In this document: piece after piece, positions 27,939 through 32,000 of the stretch
Layout of the letters: each line of letters begins with the position of its first letter
How positions within the stretch are numbered: the first letter of the stretch is position 1
Source: Fibrobacter succinogenes subsp. succinogenes S85
GTDB lineage: Bacteria > Fibrobacterota > Fibrobacteria > Fibrobacterales > Fibrobacteraceae
Direction of reading: 5' to 3'
Length of the DNA stretch: 32,000 nt
NCBI RefSeq assembly: GCF_000146505.1
Contig: NC_017448.1
Location: forward strand, 2,640,001 to 2,672,000
Made by a program: the position numbers and the translations under genes
The notes under the pieces: model-generated
Told to the model about the DNA's origin: nothing
The model's input: only the letters and a program-made list of their open reading frames with translations
The model's database searches: none

Positions 27939-29465
27939 CTAACCTTGTTTTGAAATATCAATGTGTCCGTAAACGGACGTGAGTATAGGAGCTTCGTTTT
28001 GGCGTTCTGCCCAGATCTGAAGCACCTTGACATTGCATGGCATGCTCTTGCCGTCAATGTTGAATGTTTGCTTGATAAGGATGGGCTTATCTTTTGGCGC
28101 GGATTTGCGCTTTAAAATCTTCTTGATTTTATCCAGGTTTTCGCTTGAGCTTTGATTATCTTCGTTTGGCTTGTAGTCGTCAAGGATTGTCCTTGGCAAC
28201 CCGAGAGCCTTGGATGCTTTTGAAGAAAGCTTCATGACAGCCGGGTTGAAAGTGTATTCGAAGAGGATGCCGTCCAGCATAGATTCAAAGAAGTGGCTTT
28301 TTTTGCGTTCATCGATGAACTGCCTAAATGCCTGGTTATAAATCGGATGCTTTTGGTCGTTCATCATCGCATCGGCGATGTAGAAAAAGTCCTTGTCGGC
28401 TTGCTTGCTCCAGTCAAACGTCTGCAAGGCGATGACGAGCTTGTCTGCGATGGCGTCTAAGCACTCAATGAGAATCGGGTTGAATACGCCGCATTCATTG
28501 TTGTGAATCATCTCGAGTGCTTTCTCGTGCGTGAAGGCGTGCTTGTAGCAGCGTTCGCTCGTGAGCGCATCGTAAACGTCTGCGATCGAGACGATTTGTG
28601 CGGCTATAGGGATCTCGTCACCCTTGAGACCGTCTGGGTATCCGCGGCCGTCATAGCGTTCATGGTGCCAGCGGCAAATCTCGTAGGCGTATTTCATCAG
28701 GGGTTCGTCTTTTCCGACGGGGACAGCGTTGAGCATCTGGGCGCAGTTGACCGTATGCCCCTTCATGATGTTGAACTCTTCGGGAGTGAGCTTGCCTGGC
28801 TTGTTCAGAATCTCGTCGGGGATGGTAATTTTACCGATGTCATGCATGGACGATGCCGTGCAGATGATGCCGATATCGTTCTTGTTGATCTGGTATTTCT
28901 TGGTGCGGCGCAAAAGCTCGTGCAAGAGCATTTCGGTAATGGTGTTGATGTGCAACACGTGCATGCCGCTTTCGCCGTTACGGAATTCCACGATATGGCT
29001 CAGCATAGTCACCATCATGCTGTTGTTACGCGTCTTTTCGTAAATCTGATTTAAAACGAGGTCCGAAAGGCTCTTCTGCTTTTTGTAAAGGCGGATCGTG
29101 TTGTTCACGCGGTTCTTGAGCACCATCTCGTCGAACGGGCGACCGATAAAGTCTGTGGCGCCAAGCATGTAGGCGCCTTCGATCAGCGCATGGGCGGTTT
29201 CGCCAGAAATCATGATGACCGGGATCTCGTTAATCCAGCCGTTCTTATTCATGATGGCGAGGACTTCAATGCCGTCTTTTTCGGGCATCACCATGTCGAG
29301 GAGCACAAGCGAAATCTCGGATGTCTTTTCCCTCAGTAAAAGCAATGCTTCGTTGCCGTTTTCAGCTTCGATGATGTTGTATTTGTCACTGAGTACGTCC
29401 GATAACAGGGCTCTGTTCATAGCCACATCGTCAACAATCAGTATAAGAGGGCGTTTTTCATCCAT
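27939..29465 (-). CDS. response regulator REC + HD-GYP phosphodiesterase + C-terminal PAS-like domain (intact paralog)
   Basis: ATG 29465 (MDEKRPLILIVDD) lies 8 nt after AAGGA and aligns with the start of the paralog; the track start 29498 was rejected. VLLDMVMPEKDG, SSMHDIGKITIPD, HHERYDGRGYPDGL. About 115-aa extra C-terminal domain. Confidence 0.9.
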   Translation of the reverse strand: MDEKRPLILIVDDVAMNRALLSDVLSDKYNIIEAENGNEALLLLREKTSEISLVLLDMVMPEKDGIEVLAIMNKNGWINEIPVIMISGETAHALIEGAYMLGATDFIGRPFDEMVLKNRVNNTIRLYKKQKSLSDLVLNQIYEKTRNNSMMVTMLSHIVEFRNGESGMHVLHINTITEMLLHELLRRTKKYQINKNDIGIICTASSMHDIGKITIPDEILNKPGKLTPEEFNIMKGHTVNCAQMLNAVPVGKDEPLMKYAYEICRWHHERYDGRGYPDGLKGDEIPIAAQIVSIADVYDALTSERCYKHAFTHEKALEMIHNNECGVFNPILIECLDAIADKLVIALQTFDWSKQADKDFFYIADAMMNDQKHPIYNQAFRQFIDERKKSHFFESMLDGILFEYTFNPAVMKLSSKASKALGLPRTILDDYKPNEDNQSSSENLDKIKKILKRKSAPKDKPILIKQTFNIDGKSMPCNVKVLQIWAERQNEAPILTSVYGHIDISKQG

Positions 29466-29672
29466 AACGCATTCCTTTAAATCCCAAATACAATACACAA
29501 TAAATGTATATAATTTTGAAAAGCAAGCGTAAGAAAATTGTAACTTCGTTGAAAATGTTGCCCGATATCACAACGTTCTTTTTGTGCTAAAATGTTCAAT
29601 ATTGCCTTTTTTATGAGAATTGTATATATATAATAATATAAATGTAAGAATTGTTTAGCTGGATGTTTGCTT

Positions 29673-31937
29673 ATGCGCGTAATGCTCTTAAGTGTATTGT
29701 TTGTACTGCTATTAGGGGAGCAGACTTTTGCGGGTCCACGATCGGTAAAGGTGGGCTTTTTCGCTAATTCCGGCTATCACGAAATTTCAGAAAAAGGTGA
29801 AAAAGGGGGCTATGGGTATGATTTGCTCCGCCTGATGTCGCGCTATGCCGATTTGAACTACGAGTTTGTCGGCTACGACAAGACGTGGAACGATATGCTC
29901 CGGATGCTTGAAAACGGAGAAATTGACCTTGTTTCACCGGCGAGCAAGACCAAGGAACTGGAAGAGACTTTTGCATTTTCGCTGCCTGTAGGGCTTGCCC
30001 CGGACTACATCATTGTCCGCAAGTCCGATACGACGCTTCTGAACGAAGTCAACTACGCAATTCGCCAGATGAACGTGTTGGATCCGAACTGGATGAACCG
30101 TCTGTACCGCAAGTACAACGGCGACGATGTCTTTGACCTGCTCTTGCTGAGTGAACGGGAGCGCCGCTTTTTACAGGGATTCTGGGGTCAGGACCGGATG
30201 TTGAAAGTGACGGCCCGCAATGATAAGTTTCCGTTCGCCTACATGGATGGGGATGTCCCGAGAGGCATTTTGCTAGACCTCTTTGCAGAAATTGCACGCC
30301 ACAACGGGCTGAAGTATGAATTTGTGACAACGTATAACGAGTCTCAGCCTTTGATTGTTTTGGATGCGCGCTATGGCATGGCCGGTGGCGATGAATCCTG
30401 GATTTTTACACCGCCGTATTTCCGTGACCAGTTGCTAGATTCCAATGATAGCCTGCTTGTCGGGATGCATATCGCAGTACCGCGTAAATACCCGCGTGAG
30501 TTGGCTTCTATCTTGTCGAAAGGCGTGATGATGCTTTCGCCCAAGTTAGTGCGTTCAAAAATCGTAAAATATGTCGGCTTCCGTATGCCGAATTATTCTA
30601 GCGAGCTGTTGCACAAACAATCCCATATCGCTACTGTTTTTGGGAGCATCTTCATTGTCATCGGGATAATCCTGGCCGCATCCCTGGTGTGGCTTGCCTT
30701 TAGGCGTAAACTCAAAAATCGTGAGGAGGAGCTCGATTACAAGTTACGCGAGGCGAATGCCTTTGCTGCCGAGGCGAAGGAGGCCAAATCTAAGTTTTTG
30801 CTCAACATGAGCCACGATATCCGCACTCCGATGAATGCAATTATCGGCTATTCTGAACGTGCGGAACGACACCTCGACAGTACTGCCGACGTTCAGGATG
30901 CGCTCAAGAAAATCCGCATATCGGGCGGCTATCTGCTCCAGCTGATCGAAGAAGTGCTGGACATGGCTAAAATTGAATCGGGCCAGGTGGTGCAGAAAAA
31001 GAGGATGGTGAATCTCCCTTCGTGCATGACGGAATTCTGCGAAACGTATCAGCCCATGATGAAGGTCAAGAACATCTCTTTTATTTGGGATACCTCGTCG
31101 GTCAAGAACAGGTTTGTCGTTGCGGACGTGAGCAACCTTCGTCAGGTCCTCTACAATATCATTTCAAATGCGCAGAAGTTCACCCCTTACGGTGGGCGTG
31201 TTGTGTTTACCATCGAGGAATTGCCCTGCCAGGTGGATGGCTATGCTGTCTTTGATTTTGAAGTCAGTGATAATGGACTTGGCATGTCCAAGGAATTTTT
31301 GGAACACATCTACGATGAGTTTGCGAGGGAACAGTCTTCTACCCAGAGCGGTGTGCAGGGGACAGGCCTTGGCATGTCTATCGTGAAGCGCCTTGTTGAC
31401 ATGATGGGGGCTGAAATTGATATCCAGAGCGAAATCGGCCTTGGAACGACTGTGCATGTGCGGACTCAGCTGAAAATAGCGACAGAAGAGGACGTGGCTC
31501 TAGAATCTGGTGAATCCTGTGCCGAAGCAGACCCGGCGCTGTTGAAGGGAAAGCGCGTGTTGCTTGTAGAAGATAACGAATTCAACAGGGAAGTCGCCCT
31601 GGACTTCTTGCAGGATGCCGAAATGGTTGTTGACATCGCCGAAAACGGATTGGTGGCGGTTACGAAAGTCCGTGAAAAGGGCGTAGATTACTATGACTGC
31701 ATTTTGATGGATGTCCAGATGCCTGTGATGGATGGTTACGAGGCGACTCGTGCTATCCGAAAGACCTATCCCCATGCGCACATCCCCATTATTGCGCTAT
31801 CGGCAAATGCGTTTGAAGAGGATCGGCAAAAGTCCCTTGCCGCCGGAATGGACGAACATCTGGCAAAACCGTTTGTCGTTGCAAAGGTCCTTTCCACAAT
31901 GTGTTCCTTAATGCAAAGAAAAGTTAACGTAAGTTGA
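29673..31937 (+). CDS. membrane hybrid sensor histidine kinase with two periplasmic solute-binding (SBP family 3, BvgS/EvgS-like) domains, HisKA, HATPase_c, REC
   Basis: Signal/TM MRVMLLSVLFVLLLGEQTFA. SBP-like VKVGFFANSGYHEISEKGEKGGYGYDLLRLM and KFPFAYMDGDVPRGILLDLFAEIA. TM IATVFGSIFIVIGIILAASLVWLAF. H-box LNMSHDIRTPMNAIIGY. DNGLGM, GTGLGMSI. REC VLLVEDNEFN...ILMDVQMPVMDG...HLAKPF. ATG 29673 is preferred to TTG 29667. Confidence 0.9.
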   Translation: MRVMLLSVLFVLLLGEQTFAGPRSVKVGFFANSGYHEISEKGEKGGYGYDLLRLMSRYADLNYEFVGYDKTWNDMLRMLENGEIDLVSPASKTKELEETFAFSLPVGLAPDYIIVRKSDTTLLNEVNYAIRQMNVLDPNWMNRLYRKYNGDDVFDLLLLSERERRFLQGFWGQDRMLKVTARNDKFPFAYMDGDVPRGILLDLFAEIARHNGLKYEFVTTYNESQPLIVLDARYGMAGGDESWIFTPPYFRDQLLDSNDSLLVGMHIAVPRKYPRELASILSKGVMMLSPKLVRSKIVKYVGFRMPNYSSELLHKQSHIATVFGSIFIVIGIILAASLVWLAFRRKLKNREEELDYKLREANAFAAEAKEAKSKFLLNMSHDIRTPMNAIIGYSERAERHLDSTADVQDALKKIRISGGYLLQLIEEVLDMAKIESGQVVQKKRMVNLPSCMTEFCETYQPMMKVKNISFIWDTSSVKNRFVVADVSNLRQVLYNIISNAQKFTPYGGRVVFTIEELPCQVDGYAVFDFEVSDNGLGMSKEFLEHIYDEFAREQSSTQSGVQGTGLGMSIVKRLVDMMGAEIDIQSEIGLGTTVHVRTQLKIATEEDVALESGESCAEADPALLKGKRVLLVEDNEFNREVALDFLQDAEMVVDIAENGLVAVTKVREKGVDYYDCILMDVQMPVMDGYEATRAIRKTYPHAHIPIIALSANAFEEDRQKSLAAGMDEHLAKPFVVAKVLSTMCSLMQRKVNVS

Positions 31938-32000
31938 TGCATAGGAACATTTTAAGAACACTTTTCGTGTGATTTTACGCATTATGTCAATCCTTTTACA

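Noticed and set aside
27462-27953. 163-aa plus-strand ORF overlapping the Hpt gene
   Set aside because: The minus-strand product has a clear Hpt HxxKG motif and operon context. The plus-strand ORF starts inside the hairpin-repeat region and has no recognisable features.

Overview
The window looks like a Fibrobacter-type (Fibrobacterota) chromosome segment. This is inferred from the enzyme architectures and C-terminal tails and was not verified by any search. It falls into three blocks.

(1) 1-2.9 kb is a visibly AT-rich islet. It holds a DUF262 restriction-like gene on the minus strand that runs off the left edge and is absent from the ORF track. This gene is divergent from three orphan small genes, two of which sit behind a duplicated ~58-bp promoter/leader cassette.

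(2) 2.9-18.2 kb holds six co-directional secreted glycoside hydrolase genes, five of them followed by a clear terminator hairpin. They are a GH2 beta-galactosidase, a GH95 with CBM6, a GH5 with CBM6, and a tandem triplication of GH10 xylanase-CBM6 genes. All have signal peptides and C-terminal T9SS-like/basic tails. The intergenic spaces contain REP-like hairpin repeats, a composite repeat with a nested MITE-like insert, and shared promoter-like motifs.

(3) 18.4-32 kb is a dense signalling cluster. It has three hybrid histidine kinases: two cytoplasmic ones with arrays of a divergent PAS-like repeat, and one with periplasmic solute-binding domains. It also has one stand-alone Hpt and two paralogous REC-HD-GYP proteins. 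Each REC-HD-GYP carries an extra C-terminal domain that resembles the kinase sensor repeat, and one paralog is split by an in-frame TAA. An acyltransferase-3 membrane protein lies between them.

I recognised no rRNA, tRNA, CRISPR array, transposase or integrase. The long antisense ORFs in the track are shadow ORFs.
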